From an uncultured Eudoraea sp. (GTDB lineage: Bacteria; Bacteroidota; Bacteroidia; Flavobacteriales; Flavobacteriaceae): DNA of 64,000 nt. The notes beneath the pieces are model-generated. The model was not told the DNA's origin. It did no database searches and was given only the letters and a program-made list of their open reading frames with translations. Location: assembly GCF_947258525.1 (NCBI RefSeq), contig NZ_CAMYIP010000015.1:4179-68178 (forward strand). Reading direction: 5' to 3'. A program made the position numbers and the translations under genes. Numbering within the stretch: the first letter of the stretch is position 1; each line of letters opens with the position of its first letter. This document shows positions 19,118-29,384 of this stretch, in pieces.

Positions 19118-19633
19118 ATGAAAAATGCATCAATACTAATAGTTACTATTTTTAGTCTTTTCGGATGCTCCTCCCAAAAGAAATTTACAACAGCACCACC
19201 TTTCAGCATATATAATCCATCATATCAACAATATGCAGGAGGCAGGGAAGAAAGCGGTACAGGTTTTATTTTACAATTCCCTGTTGATCTGGAGGCTGGT
19301 AATGAAATTGAATTTGTCGAAGTCTTTTTCAGGGGGCATGTATTGAAAGCGGAACTGGAAGAACAAGGAGAAAACCTTCGCATTATCTGCAATCACAGGG
19401 ATTCTGATGAGGATAAAAAACCAGATATTATAATGCATGCAGATCCTAAAATGGAAGTAGGAAATCAACCTCCGGGATCCATAAGTAAAAAAAATAAAGA
19501 TTTTCCATTTGAATTGAAAAAGGATGAAGCGGTAATTAGTTATAAAAATATCACTGCAGATCCTCAAGAAAGCAAAATAACCTATTTCAAAATCACAGGG
19601 ATAAAGACAAAACCTTCGCTAATATACAAGTGA
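19118..19633 (+). CDS. lipoprotein (function unknown)
   Basis: 171 aa with the signal plus lipobox IFSLFGC. No family recognised. Confidence 0.5.
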   Translation: MKNASILIVTIFSLFGCSSQKKFTTAPPFSIYNPSYQQYAGGREESGTGFILQFPVDLEAGNEIEFVEVFFRGHVLKAELEEQGENLRIICNHRDSDEDKKPDIIMHADPKMEVGNQPPGSISKKNKDFPFELKKDEAVISYKNITADPQESKITYFKITGIKTKPSLIYK

Positions 19634-19698
19634 ACATAAAATAACAGACTTTGTTCCATGGGTTTAAATACCTAATTTTAAGCCCAAATCTTTAGCCT

Positions 19699-21183
19699 TT
19701 GAGTTTATTTAAAAAACTTTTTAAGCAAACATTCATTTATGGTTTAGCTACTGTTTTACCCCGTATGCTGTCCTTTATTTTGGTCCCTATTTACACAAAG
19801 GTTATGCCACCGGGATCATATGGAGAGGTTACATTGATTTTTTCCTGGTTTGCAATCTTTAACGTAATTCTGGCTTATGGCATGGAAACTGGTTTTTTCA
19901 GGTTCTTCAACGGGGAAGATGACAAAAACAAAGTAGTTACGACCTCATTAATTTCTTTAGCGGTTAGCACCGTCTTGTTTACGCTCTTTGCACTGCTGTT
20001 TCAATATCAACTGACTGAATTGTTAAATATTGAACACCGTTATATTAAGTATGTAATTTTTATTCTTGCCTTAGATGCACTTGCAATTATTCCTTTTGCG
20101 TGGTTGCGTGCAAATGAAAGGCCCATACGCTACGCCATGGTTAAAACGGTGAATGTTGCTGTAAATTTAGGGTTGAATATATTTTTCCTGCTTTTACTGC
20201 CCGGCCTTGCAGACGCGAATCCGGAAAGTTTGTTAAACGCCATATATATTGCAGATTTTGAAATATCCTATATTTTCATATCAAATTTGATCGCCAGTGG
20301 CCTTACTCTTATAATGATGGGCGGTTTGTATCTAAAAAGAACCTATTCTTTTGACAAGGCTTTATGGCTTAAGATGATAAAGTATGGTCTGCCGGTAATG
20401 ATTGCTGGAATAGCTTTTACAATAAATGAAGTCTTTGATAGAATATTACTTGCCGAATTATTGCCACAAGATATTGCTAAAAGTGAAATGGGTAAGTATT
20501 CTGCATGTTACAAACTGGCACTTTTCATGACACTTTTTGCCACTGCCTTTCGCCTTGGGATAGAACCTTTTTTCTTTAGTCACTCCTCTTCGAAATATCC
20601 GCAACGTGCTTATGCCCAGATTACCAATTATTTTGTTGTATTGGGAAGCGTTATTTTATTGGCAGTTGTAGTATTTGCAGATGTCTTAAAAGTCATTTTT
20701 ATTAGAGACGAGGCATATTGGGAGGCTATGCCAATAGTGCCGGTGATAGTTTTAGCGAGCTTTTGCCTCGGAATTTACCACAACCTTTCAGTTTGGTACA
20801 AAGTTACTGACAGGACGAGGTTCGGGGCCTATATTTCTATAGTAGGGGCGTTAATTACAATCGGAATAAACTATTTCTTTATTCCCGAATGGGGATATTA
20901 TGCTTCTGCATATGCTACTCTGGCGGCTTATGGAAGCATGATGCTCATCTCTTATTTTTTTGGCAGAAAATATTACCCTATTCCTTATAACTTTAGGAAA
21001 ATAACTTTTTATCTGGGATTGTCCATCCTGTTAGCCATCCTTTCTTTTTATGTTTTTAACAGAAATTTGATAATTGGCAGTGCTTTGCTTTTAGTATTTT
21101 TAATCATTCTCTATAAAATGGAAAGCGAAACGCTTAAAAGAATATTTTTAGCAGGGGTTAAAGGCCAAAATAATAGCACATAA
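19699..21183 (+). CDS. MOP-superfamily oligosaccharide/polysaccharide flippase (Wzx-like)
   Basis: 494 aa with about 12-14 TM segments. The N-terminus [32 protein letters not shown] is typical of this family. A TTG start is needed to keep it. Confidence 0.75.
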   Translation: MSLFKKLFKQTFIYGLATVLPRMLSFILVPIYTKVMPPGSYGEVTLIFSWFAIFNVILAYGMETGFFRFFNGEDDKNKVVTTSLISLAVSTVLFTLFALLFQYQLTELLNIEHRYIKYVIFILALDALAIIPFAWLRANERPIRYAMVKTVNVAVNLGLNIFFLLLLPGLADANPESLLNAIYIADFEISYIFISNLIASGLTLIMMGGLYLKRTYSFDKALWLKMIKYGLPVMIAGIAFTINEVFDRILLAELLPQDIAKSEMGKYSACYKLALFMTLFATAFRLGIEPFFFSHSSSKYPQRAYAQITNYFVVLGSVILLAVVVFADVLKVIFIRDEAYWEAMPIVPVIVLASFCLGIYHNLSVWYKVTDRTRFGAYISIVGALITIGINYFFIPEWGYYASAYATLAAYGSMMLISYFFGRKYYPIPYNFRKITFYLGLSILLAILSFYVFNRNLIIGSALLLVFLIILYKMESETLKRIFLAGVKGQNNST

Positions 21184-21184
21184 T

Positions 21185-21619
21185 ATGAAAGTAAAAATCA
21201 TCAATAAATCAGATCACTCAATACCGGAATATGAAACCCCGGCTTCTGCGGGGATGGATCTTCGGGCTAATATATCCGAATCAATTACATTACATCCATT
21301 GGAAAGAGCAGTGGTTAAAACAGGGCTATTTGTGGAAATTCCTGTCGGGTATGAAGCACAGGTAAGACCCCGAAGCGGTTTAGCGGCTAAGAAAGGAATT
21401 ACAGTGCTCAATGCCCCTGGTACTGTGGATGCAGATTACAGGGGAGAAATTGGCGTGATTCTTGTTAATTTATCCAATGAAGAATTTACCATCGTCAACG
21501 GTGAGCGCATTGCACAATTAGTTATCTCCGCACATGAAAGAGCGGAATGGATTGAATCGGAAAGCTTAACTGAAACTGCCAGAGGAGAAGGTGGTTTTGG
21601 GAGTACCGGAACAAAATAG
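21185..21619 (+). CDS. dut: dUTP diphosphatase
   Basis: 144 aa with the motifs [28 protein letters not shown] and GGFGSTG. Confidence 0.95.
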   Translation: MKVKIINKSDHSIPEYETPASAGMDLRANISESITLHPLERAVVKTGLFVEIPVGYEAQVRPRSGLAAKKGITVLNAPGTVDADYRGEIGVILVNLSNEEFTIVNGERIAQLVISAHERAEWIESESLTETARGEGGFGSTGTK

Positions 21620-21657
21620 GAATAATCTTGTGGTTAGGATTTAAGTAGTCTGATTAT

Positions 21658-22575
21658 ATGAACTTTAGGCTTAAATATATTATTTATTTTTTGGGAATAT
21701 TTATTTTCTCACAACTGAACTATGCCCAGGAGGAAGAAAGCGCCGAAGTATATTTAGAGGATTATACAGACGAATTTCAAGAAGCGTTTTTTGAAGCATT
21801 GAAGCAAAAGGGGATAGAAAATTACGATAAAGCTATTAACCTCTTTCTTGAATGTAAAAGGTTGGACAGTACAAGCAATGTGGTTGACTTTGAACTAGCT
21901 AATTCTTATTTAGCAAATAAGCAACCCATACTAGCGCAACAATACGGCATAGAGGCTTTAAATGCCAGACCAGAGAACTATTGGTATTTAAATGTTTTAG
22001 TGGAGATAATGGACAAACAAGGGAGATCTATTGAGACAATCAAAGATGAACTTGCGCTTGATAATGATAAACTGACAGAAAACCTTGCTGTTATTTACTT
22101 TCAAAAAAAGAAATTTCAGGAGTCTTTAAATATTCTAAAAGGAATGAAAGACTCTTCGTTTAAAAAATCACTTGCACAGAAGATCAAAGATTCTATAGAT
22201 AATGCGAACAGAGTTGATCATATAAAACAAGCGCCATTAGAGCAAAATACGGATCTGACCCCACTTTTGAGATATAAGAAAGAAATTGGCGAATTAATAA
22301 GCAATGAGGATTATCCTTCTTTAGTTATTAAATCAGAGGAAGCACTGGAAGAGTTTCCGTCTCAACCCTATTTTTATTTTGCTAAGGGGATGGGCCTCAA
22401 TAGAAGTGGAAAACAGAAAGAAGCAATAAGGGAATTGGAAACTGCACTCGATTTTCTTATAGAAGATAACGAATTGGGAAATAGTATATATAAAGAGTTG
22501 GCCAATGCATATACATTTTTAGGGAACTCATCAAAGGCAAATATGTATCTTAGTAAAATCAAATCTGGCTCCTGA
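21658..22575 (+). CDS. secreted TPR-like repeat protein (function unknown)
   Basis: 305 aa with a signal peptide (FIFSQLNYAQ) and helical-repeat composition. Confidence 0.55.
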   Translation: MNFRLKYIIYFLGIFIFSQLNYAQEEESAEVYLEDYTDEFQEAFFEALKQKGIENYDKAINLFLECKRLDSTSNVVDFELANSYLANKQPILAQQYGIEALNARPENYWYLNVLVEIMDKQGRSIETIKDELALDNDKLTENLAVIYFQKKKFQESLNILKGMKDSSFKKSLAQKIKDSIDNANRVDHIKQAPLEQNTDLTPLLRYKKEIGELISNEDYPSLVIKSEEALEEFPSQPYFYFAKGMGLNRSGKQKEAIRELETALDFLIEDNELGNSIYKELANAYTFLGNSSKANMYLSKIKSGS

Positions 22576-22579
22576 TCTA

Positions 22580-23365
22580 ATGAAATGCAATACCTATAGA
22601 TGGAATAGATGGATCATTATTGCCTTATTGGCAATGCTTTCCTTCTCTTGCAAAACAAGTAAGGTCGTTGCAACAGGCAAAGTAGATGAAAGACTTACCA
22701 CTAAGGCAATAATCAAAAATCATTATAAAAATCAATTAGAATTCAGAACTATAAGCGGTAGGATGAAAGTGGCATATAATGATGGGGGAGCTGTTCAAAG
22801 TTTTAATGTAAGCCTGAGAGTTGAGAAGGATAAGGCAATTTGGATGAGTGCTCCATTAGGCGTTGTAAAGGCATTAATTACCCCTAAAAGGGTTACTTTT
22901 TATAATAAACTTCAGAATGAGTATTTTGACGGAGACTTTGCTTATTTGAGCAAGCTATTGGGAACTGAATTAGATTTCAACAAAATACAGAATCTAATAC
23001 TGGGGGAAGCATTATTTGATTTGCGGGAACAGAAATATATTTCCCTTGCCACAGACGAATACTATGAACTGAAGCCTAAGAATATGGGGGACCTGTTCAA
23101 AATGCTATTCTTAATTGAACCAAAGAATTTTAAAATTGCTACCCAGCAATTATCTCAGCCATGGAAAGGCAGACTTTTAGAGATTTATTATAAATCGTAC
23201 CAGGAAAAAAATAGCCAAATCCTACCGGAAGAAATTCAGATTATAGCAATTGATACTGATCAAACTACCAATATTGACATACAATTCAGGAATATTGAGT
23301 TTAATAGAACATTGAATTTTCCCTATAGAATACCAAAAGGATTCGAAGAAATAGTTTTGAAGTAA
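22580..23365 (+). CDS. DUF4292-like outer-membrane lipoprotein (LolB-like fold suspected)
   Basis: 261 aa with lipobox LSFSC. Its size and beta-rich sequence fit DUF4292. It lies 4 nt after the TPR gene and ends 1 nt before the LytM gene. Confidence 0.5.
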   Translation: MKCNTYRWNRWIIIALLAMLSFSCKTSKVVATGKVDERLTTKAIIKNHYKNQLEFRTISGRMKVAYNDGGAVQSFNVSLRVEKDKAIWMSAPLGVVKALITPKRVTFYNKLQNEYFDGDFAYLSKLLGTELDFNKIQNLILGEALFDLREQKYISLATDEYYELKPKNMGDLFKMLFLIEPKNFKIATQQLSQPWKGRLLEIYYKSYQEKNSQILPEEIQIIAIDTDQTTNIDIQFRNIEFNRTLNFPYRIPKGFEEIVLK

Positions 23366-23366
23366 A

Positions 23367-24596
23367 ATGAGAATTGCAAGGCAATATTCTGCATATATAC
23401 TATTTATTATTTTAGCCGTACTGGGTTCAAATGCATATGGGCAAACCAACGAACAAAAGGCATTAGAAACCAGGAGAGAGCAGCTGCTAAAAGATATAGA
23501 GAACATAAACAGGCTGTTATTTGCTGAAAAAAAACAAAAAGGAACGGTTCTCGATCAAATGGAAGTACTGGATCAGAAGATTAATGTCAGACAGCAATTG
23601 ATCCGTATTACAAATCAACAAGCTAACCTTCTCAGCAGGCAAATAAATGCAAATATTCGAAATATATCTAAGCTTCGGGAAGATTTGGAGGCTTTGAAAG
23701 AAGAATATGCCAAAATGATCCAAAAATCATATCAGAATAGGTCCCAACAAAGCAGGCTGATGTTTCTCTTATCTTCAGAAAACTTTTATCAGGCATTTAA
23801 AAGATTACAATACCTGAAACAATATACTGAGTTTAGAAAAAAACAGGGAGAGGATATTGTCAGGAAAACAGAGGAACTTACTCAATTAAATAATGACTTA
23901 ACAAACCAAAGAAAGGAAAAGGAGGTTTTGCTAGCCGAGAATTTAAAGGCTAAAGGTGAATTGCTAGTTGAGATAACAGCTCAAAAAGAACTCTTAAAGT
24001 CTATAAGGCAAAATGAAAGTAAATATGCTTCTGCAATTAAGAAGAAAAAGCAGGAAGCACGTCAAATAGAAAAACAAATTGAACGGCTAATCCGAAGTGC
24101 CATTGCAGCTTCTAATAAAAAGGCCGGGAAAAAGGGATCATCAAATAAGTTTGTTTTAACACCGGAAGCGACATTGGTTGCAAATAACTTTTCTGCAAAC
24201 AAGGGAAAACTTATCTGGCCTGTTGAAAAAGGAATAAAGCAACAGGGCTTTGGTGTCTACAAAGATGCAGTATACCCCGGGATTAAACATCAGAGCAATG
24301 GGGTGATTATTGCTACAGATGAAGGGGCTACTGCACGTGCTGTTTTTGAAGGGGAAGTTATTGCTATTCTGGCAGTACCAGGAGGCAATAAAGGTGTTCA
24401 GATTAAACATGGGAACTTCATAAGCACGTATTACAACCTTTCCAATTTGTATGTAAAAAAGGGAGATAAAGTAAGTTTAAAAGAAGAATTAGGAGAAATA
24501 TATACTAATCGGTATAATGGTCTGACGCAGTTGAAATTTTATCTCTACAAGGATGCTACAAGATTAAATCCTGAAGAATGGATTTACCGGCTTTAA
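23367..24596 (+). CDS. coiled-coil + degenerate LytM (M23) domain protein, EnvC-like murein hydrolase activator
   Basis: 409 aa with a signal peptide, about 230 aa of coiled coil, and a C-terminal LytM fold (GVQIKHGNFISTYYNLSNLYVKKGDKV). The catalytic HxxxD and HxH positions read HQSNG and QLK, so the metal site appears lost. Confidence 0.7.
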   Translation: MRIARQYSAYILFIILAVLGSNAYGQTNEQKALETRREQLLKDIENINRLLFAEKKQKGTVLDQMEVLDQKINVRQQLIRITNQQANLLSRQINANIRNISKLREDLEALKEEYAKMIQKSYQNRSQQSRLMFLLSSENFYQAFKRLQYLKQYTEFRKKQGEDIVRKTEELTQLNNDLTNQRKEKEVLLAENLKAKGELLVEITAQKELLKSIRQNESKYASAIKKKKQEARQIEKQIERLIRSAIAASNKKAGKKGSSNKFVLTPEATLVANNFSANKGKLIWPVEKGIKQQGFGVYKDAVYPGIKHQSNGVIIATDEGATARAVFEGEVIAILAVPGGNKGVQIKHGNFISTYYNLSNLYVKKGDKVSLKEELGEIYTNRYNGLTQLKFYLYKDATRLNPEEWIYRL

Positions 24597-24606
24597 TAGT
24601 AACAAT

Positions 24607-25443
24607 ATGAGTTCAATAACAGACATTAAGGGCACATTTACATTGCACAATGGCGTTAAAATGCCCTATTTTGGTTTAGGTGTTTACCTTTCTGAAGATG
24701 GAAGAGAAGTAATAAATGCGATAAAATGGTCATTAGAGGCAGGATATCGTCATATAGATACCGCCTCTATTTATAACAATGAAAAAGGTGTAGGGGCCGG
24801 TATTAAGGAAAGTGATGTGCCTAGGGAGGATATTTTTATTGTGAGTAAAGTATGGAACTCCGACCAGGGTTATGATAGCACCCTGAAGGCTTTTGACAAA
24901 AGCCTCAATAGACTGGATCTGGACTTTTTAGATCTTTACCTGGTACATTGGCCGGTTGAAGGAAAATATAAAGATACCTGGAAAGCTTTGGAATATCTTT
25001 ACGAGCAAAAGCGGGTTAGAGCTATTGGGGTTAGTAATTTCATGAAACATCACCTGGAGGATTTGCTGGATACGGCAAAGACGGTACCTATGGTTAATCA
25101 GATGGAATTTCACCCATATTTGGTACAACAGAACCTGTTGGACTTTTGTGCATCAAAGAATATTCAGTATGAAGCCTGGTCTCCAATGATGCAAGGCAGG
25201 ATTTTTGGAATTGATGTGTTTAAAGAACTTGCCGCAAATTACAATAAAACCGTTGCCCAAATAGTCTTGCGATGGAATTTGCAAAAAGGGGTTATAACCA
25301 TTCCTAAATCATCAAAGCGTGAAAGAATTGTAGCAAATGCCAATATTTTCGATTTTGAATTAAGCCCTGATGATATGGTTAATTTGGATAGCTTAGACAG
25401 AAGGCAACGCTTTGGCCCGGATCCAAACAATTTTGATTTCTGA
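24607..25443 (+). CDS. aldo/keto reductase (DkgA-like)
   Basis: 278 aa with the AKR blocks GYRHIDTA, IFIVSKVWN, LDLYLVHWP and IPKS. Confidence 0.9.
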   Translation: MSSITDIKGTFTLHNGVKMPYFGLGVYLSEDGREVINAIKWSLEAGYRHIDTASIYNNEKGVGAGIKESDVPREDIFIVSKVWNSDQGYDSTLKAFDKSLNRLDLDFLDLYLVHWPVEGKYKDTWKALEYLYEQKRVRAIGVSNFMKHHLEDLLDTAKTVPMVNQMEFHPYLVQQNLLDFCASKNIQYEAWSPMMQGRIFGIDVFKELAANYNKTVAQIVLRWNLQKGVITIPKSSKRERIVANANIFDFELSPDDMVNLDSLDRRQRFGPDPNNFDF

Positions 25444-25463
25444 AACCAAGTGCCGGCGTCCAA

Positions 25464-25979
25464 CTATTCTTTAATAAACAAGGCCCGTAGTTCAGTGGCC
25501 TCACTGGGCTTCATTTTACCTGCAAGTACTAAACTAAGCTGTTTTCTTCGCAATGCACCTTCAAAACGTTCAGATTCAAGCGCTGTCTCGGGGATTATGG
25601 GAGGAACTTCAGTTGGCTTACCGGTTTCGTCCACTGCAACAAATGTATAAATGGCTTCATTTGCTTTTGTGCTTTCCCCGCTAAATCTATCTTCCATCCA
25701 GACATCAATATATACTTCCATTGATGTTCTGAAGGTTCGGGATATTTTGGCCTCAACAGTAACTACACTTCCCAATGGTACGGAACGATTAAAAGCGACG
25801 TGGTTGACAGATGCTGTTACTGTAATACGGCGGCTGTGCCTTCTTGCAGCTATACTGGCAGCCCTGTCCATGCGGGCTAATAATTCACCACCAAAAAGAT
25901 TATTTAGCGGATTAGTTTCGCTTGGCAAAACCATATCCGTCATTATAGTTCTTGAATCACTGGGTTTTCTTGGCTGCAT
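25464..25979 (-). CDS. acyl-CoA thioesterase (hotdog fold)
   Basis: 171 aa with the blocks NPLNNLFGGELLARMD and VTASVNHVAFNRSV typical of YciA/BFIT-type thioesterases. Confidence 0.85.
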   Translation of the reverse strand: MQPRKPSDSRTIMTDMVLPSETNPLNNLFGGELLARMDRAASIAARRHSRRITVTASVNHVAFNRSVPLGSVVTVEAKISRTFRTSMEVYIDVWMEDRFSGESTKANEAIYTFVAVDETGKPTEVPPIIPETALESERFEGALRRKQLSLVLAGKMKPSEATELRALFIKE

Positions 25980-25992
25980 CTTGATTTTTTTT

Positions 25993-26000
25993 CAAAGATA
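25993..26000 (-). promoter_or_regulatory. -7 promoter box TAnnTTTG for the thioesterase gene
   Basis: The minus strand reads TATCTTTG, 13 nt upstream of the ATG at 25979. Confidence 0.4.
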
Positions 26001-26032
26001 CGCAGCAATTGTATTGAAGAAAAAGAAAGAAA

Positions 26033-26977
26033 CTATTTTGTAGACAACATCCAGGCATCTTCAGATTCTGTCCGTTTCACTTGCCTTAGAAAAATTAAAG
26101 CTTCTTCAGGGTTTTCATAGCTTCCGTAAGTAACCTGGTGCAAACCATAACTATTAACACCAAGATACCTCGCATCATAGCCCTTTTTTCTTAGATAAAT
26201 CACCTTTTTATCAGCATTTTGCCTTATTCTGAATGCTCCTGCGATTATATGGTGATTACCGGTGCTTTTTTTAGTTACATTGAGCTTGAGTTCAGGCAAT
26301 TCAAGCGGTTTTGAGTTAAAGAATGTGGCTTCCTGAATATTTTTGGAAACAAGGCTTTGCGCTTCCTCGAGAACAACTTGCTTTTTGTTAAGCATCTCAC
26401 CATAAAACCTATATCCTGTCATACCTGTCGCTAAGGCCAGTAATAGTATAGCGGCATACTTTAAATAGGGCCTGAAAGAACTTTTTCTTCGCTGTTCGGG
26501 TGTAATAATAAATGGAATCTTTTCTTCTAACTCCTCTACTTGCTCTTTAAGAGCTTCACGGGTAACCACAGGGGATACAAAGGATGAAAGCCCAAACGAA
26601 GAGGTAAGATAATTTATTTCGTTCGAAGGTTGGAATTGCAATTTACCTTCCCTGTTTAACCATAACTCACCTATGGATGATATTTTAAGCCTTTCTCCCG
26701 AATGCAATTGTTTTTTCCATGTTTTAGCTACATCCAGGGTGTACTTCAGCATATCCTCATATGACTTATTTTCGGCATTAGCCATATATGAAACTAATAA
26801 ACCATCATTGGAGGATAATTGTTCATTAAACGATATTCGCTTTGATGGTGGGTAGAAGGTATTGGTAGACTTTATAATTGATGCAGATTTCATTTGAGTT
26901 AAAAATGCACCAAAATCCGGAACAACAACGCAGTTGTAACGATATAAAAGTTGTTGAATGTGGTTCTCAATTCCCAT
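26033..26977 (-). CDS. HU-CCDC81-like N-terminal / C-terminal SPOR domain protein
   Basis: It has N-terminal VVVPDFGAFLTQ, a central TM helix, and a C-terminal SPOR domain (HHIIAGAFRIRQNADKKVIYLRKKGYDARYLG...YGSYENPEEA). I start it at ATG 26977 (MGIENH) rather than the track's TTG. Confidence 0.7.
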   Translation of the reverse strand: MGIENHIQQLLYRYNCVVVPDFGAFLTQMKSASIIKSTNTFYPPSKRISFNEQLSSNDGLLVSYMANAENKSYEDMLKYTLDVAKTWKKQLHSGERLKISSIGELWLNREGKLQFQPSNEINYLTSSFGLSSFVSPVVTREALKEQVEELEEKIPFIITPEQRRKSSFRPYLKYAAILLLALATGMTGYRFYGEMLNKKQVVLEEAQSLVSKNIQEATFFNSKPLELPELKLNVTKKSTGNHHIIAGAFRIRQNADKKVIYLRKKGYDARYLGVNSYGLHQVTYGSYENPEEALIFLRQVKRTESEDAWMLSTK

Positions 26978-27082
26978 TTGCACAAAGATCAAAAAAAATT
27001 AAAGGGCTTCAAACTAGAGAAGAGAATTTTTTATTAACATAATATTTTGTGTAATTTGTGAATAACTAAAACTATTTTATAA

Positions 27083-28186
27083 ATGACTAAGGATGAGTTA
27101 ATTGCAGCACTTAGATTGCAAAATATCCCTCATATTGGTGATATAACAGCTAAAAAGCTGATTACTCATTGTGGCGGTCCAATAGCAGTTTTTACAGATA
27201 AAATGAAAAATCTGGCAAAAATTGAGGGAATTGGTACTGTAACCTTAAAAGGACTTCAAAACAGAAAATATCTTCAGGCAGCAGAACAAGAATATGAATT
27301 TATTCTTAAAAACAGAATATCCTATTCGTACTTTATGGATGTTGATTACCCAAAATACCTAAAACATTGCGTTGATGGCCCGATTCTGCTATTCAAAAAG
27401 GGCAATATTGAGCTCGAAAACAGAAAAATAATTAGCATAGTAGGTACACGGAATAGCACAAGTTATGGGAGGGACTTTTGTGAAGAATTCATAGCAAATA
27501 TAGCGCCTTTGAATCCCGTAATTGTAAGTGGATTTGCCTATGGCATTGATATTTGCGCTCAACGAGCAGCACTGAAACACGGGCTTCAGACTATTGCATG
27601 TGTTGCGCATGGATTGAATCAAATATATCCAAAGGCACATCTTAAATATGTTGATGAAATAAGTAAAAATGGTGGATTTTTGACTGAATTCTGGAGTACA
27701 AGTAACCCGGATCGAGAGAATTTTTTGAAAAGAAACAGAATTATTGCGGGTATTAGCGAGGCAACAATAGTAATTGAATCTGCAGAAAAGGGAGGTAGTC
27801 TCGTCACAGCAGATATGGCAAATAATTATAATCGGGACGTATTTGCAGTCCCTGGGAGAGTAAAGGATAAATATAGTTTAGGATGCAATAATCTGATTAA
27901 GGCGCAAAAAGCACATATGCTTTCCTCAGCAGCAGATCTTATTTATTTAATGAATTGGCAATTGGAAGAATCAAATACTGCGCCTGTACAAAAACAGCTT
28001 TTTGTGGAATTGGATGAGAATGAGAAAATAATTTATTCCTTTTTGCAGAAAGATGGGCGTCAATTGATAGATCAAATAGCTTTGGAATGTCACTTGCCGG
28101 TATTTAAAACCGTATCCAGTCTTTTGACCATGGAAATGAAAGGAATGATACGACCTTTGCCCGGGAAAGAGTATGAAGCTATTTAG
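27083..28186 (+). CDS. dprA: DNA-processing protein DprA
   Basis: 367 aa with the blocks IVGTRNSTSYG, SGFAYGIDICAQRAAL and GGSLVTA. Confidence 0.9.
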   Translation: MTKDELIAALRLQNIPHIGDITAKKLITHCGGPIAVFTDKMKNLAKIEGIGTVTLKGLQNRKYLQAAEQEYEFILKNRISYSYFMDVDYPKYLKHCVDGPILLFKKGNIELENRKIISIVGTRNSTSYGRDFCEEFIANIAPLNPVIVSGFAYGIDICAQRAALKHGLQTIACVAHGLNQIYPKAHLKYVDEISKNGGFLTEFWSTSNPDRENFLKRNRIIAGISEATIVIESAEKGGSLVTADMANNYNRDVFAVPGRVKDKYSLGCNNLIKAQKAHMLSSAADLIYLMNWQLEESNTAPVQKQLFVELDENEKIIYSFLQKDGRQLIDQIALECHLPVFKTVSSLLTMEMKGMIRPLPGKEYEAI

Positions 28187-28346
28187 TTTTAATTAGACCG
28201 GGTAGTTTGTTTATTTCAAATGTATGATGCCCAAACCTTCTATTTAGTACGTTTATCGATAAAATGCACTAACTGGACTTAGGTTAGAAGGATTCTCTAT
28301 TGGATAAAAAGCTGAATTACAAACCAGGTGGTCAGTAATAAGAAAT

Positions 28347-29315
28347 CTAGTAGCCTACTTTATTCCTAACTCTTTCGAGAACTGAATTTGCCACTTTTTT
28401 GGCCTTTTCTGCACCAATTGATAATGCATCATCTACCTCATTAAGGTGGTTCATATAATAATCGAATTTTTCTCTGGGAGATTTAAACTTTTCAATGACT
28501 AATTCGTACAAAGCTTGTTTTGCATGCCCGTAACCATAATTTCCGTTTAGATAATTTGCGCGCATTTCGCTAATTTGATCGTCCGAGGCTAAAATTTTGT
28601 ACAATGCAAATGTGGTATCCGTCTCAGGGTCTTTGCGATCTTCAAGTGATTTGCTATCGGTAATAATACGCATTACCTGTTTGCGCAGTTTCTTATCAGG
28701 TTGAAATATATCAATCAGGTTACCCTTACTTTTACTCATTTTCGCCCCATCCGTCCCCGGAATATACATTGTATCTTTTTGTACCTGTGCCTCCGGCATT
28801 ACAAATGTCTCACCCATTTGAGCCTCAAACCGCGAAGCAACATCTCGCGTCATTTCTATATGTTGTAACTGATCTTTACCAACCGGCACAATATTGGCGT
28901 CATATAACAAAATATCAGCGGCCATTAACATAGGATAGGTAAATAACCCCGCATTGACGTCTCCCAGCCTGTCTGCTTTATCTTTGAAAGAATGTGCCAG
29001 GGTAAGACGTTGATAAGGATAAAAACAGCTTAAATACCATGCCAGTTGTGTTACTTGCGGAACATCACTCTGCCTGTAAAATACGGTACTTTCAATATCA
29101 AGCCCGAAAGCTAACCAGGTAGCAGCAGTTGCGTAGGTGTTGTGTCTTAACTCATCCCCATTTTTTATTTGAGTAAGTGAGTGCATGTCTGCAATGAACA
29201 GAAAAGAGTCATTTTCACGATCTTTAGCCATGTTTATCGCAGGTATAATTGCGCCAAGTATGTTTCCAAGGTGGGGAATTCCTGTACTTTGTATACCAGT
29301 TAAAATTCTTGCCAT
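28347..29315 (-). CDS. trpS: tryptophan--tRNA ligase
   Basis: 322 aa with a HIGH-type motif GIPHLGN and KMSKS. Confidence 0.97.
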   Translation of the reverse strand: MARILTGIQSTGIPHLGNILGAIIPAINMAKDRENDSFLFIADMHSLTQIKNGDELRHNTYATAATWLAFGLDIESTVFYRQSDVPQVTQLAWYLSCFYPYQRLTLAHSFKDKADRLGDVNAGLFTYPMLMAADILLYDANIVPVGKDQLQHIEMTRDVASRFEAQMGETFVMPEAQVQKDTMYIPGTDGAKMSKSKGNLIDIFQPDKKLRKQVMRIITDSKSLEDRKDPETDTTFALYKILASDDQISEMRANYLNGNYGYGHAKQALYELVIEKFKSPREKFDYYMNHLNEVDDALSIGAEKAKKVANSVLERVRNKVGY

Positions 29316-29334
29316 TTGATTTATATTACAGGGG

Positions 29335-29342
29335 CAAAAGTA
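29335..29342 (-). promoter_or_regulatory. -7 promoter box TAnnTTTG for trpS
   Basis: The minus strand reads TACTTTTG, 19 nt upstream of the ATG at 29315. Confidence 0.4.
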
Positions 29343-29372
29343 AAAGAAATACGATTACCCTGCTAAAATTGT

Positions 29373-29380
29373 TATTTTTG
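29373..29380 (+). promoter_or_regulatory. -7 promoter box TAnnTTTG only 4 nt from the plsC start codon
   Basis: TATTTTTG-attt-ATG. This geometry would put the transcription start at or next to the A of the ATG. Confidence 0.35.
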
Positions 29381-29384
29381 ATTT

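Noticed and set aside
25450-26043. Nearly uninterrupted plus-strand reading frame (66 aa + 130 aa, one stop) antisense to the whole acyl-CoA thioesterase gene.
   Set aside because: In this antisense register, a stop codon can only arise opposite Tyr codons or opposite His/Gln codons preceded by a T-ending codon. The thioesterase has very few Tyr, His or Gln residues, so the open frame is a by-product of the sense gene. The translation is low-complexity S/L/A-rich and matches no family.
28236-28291. Imperfect long inverted repeat (CCTTCTA ... TAGAAGG enclosing TTAGT/ACTAA and the palindrome TATCGATA) in the convergent dprA-trpS spacer.
   Set aside because: The arms are not concentric, and there are several mismatches and no U-tract. 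It may be a weak bidirectional terminator, but nothing distinctive supports that.
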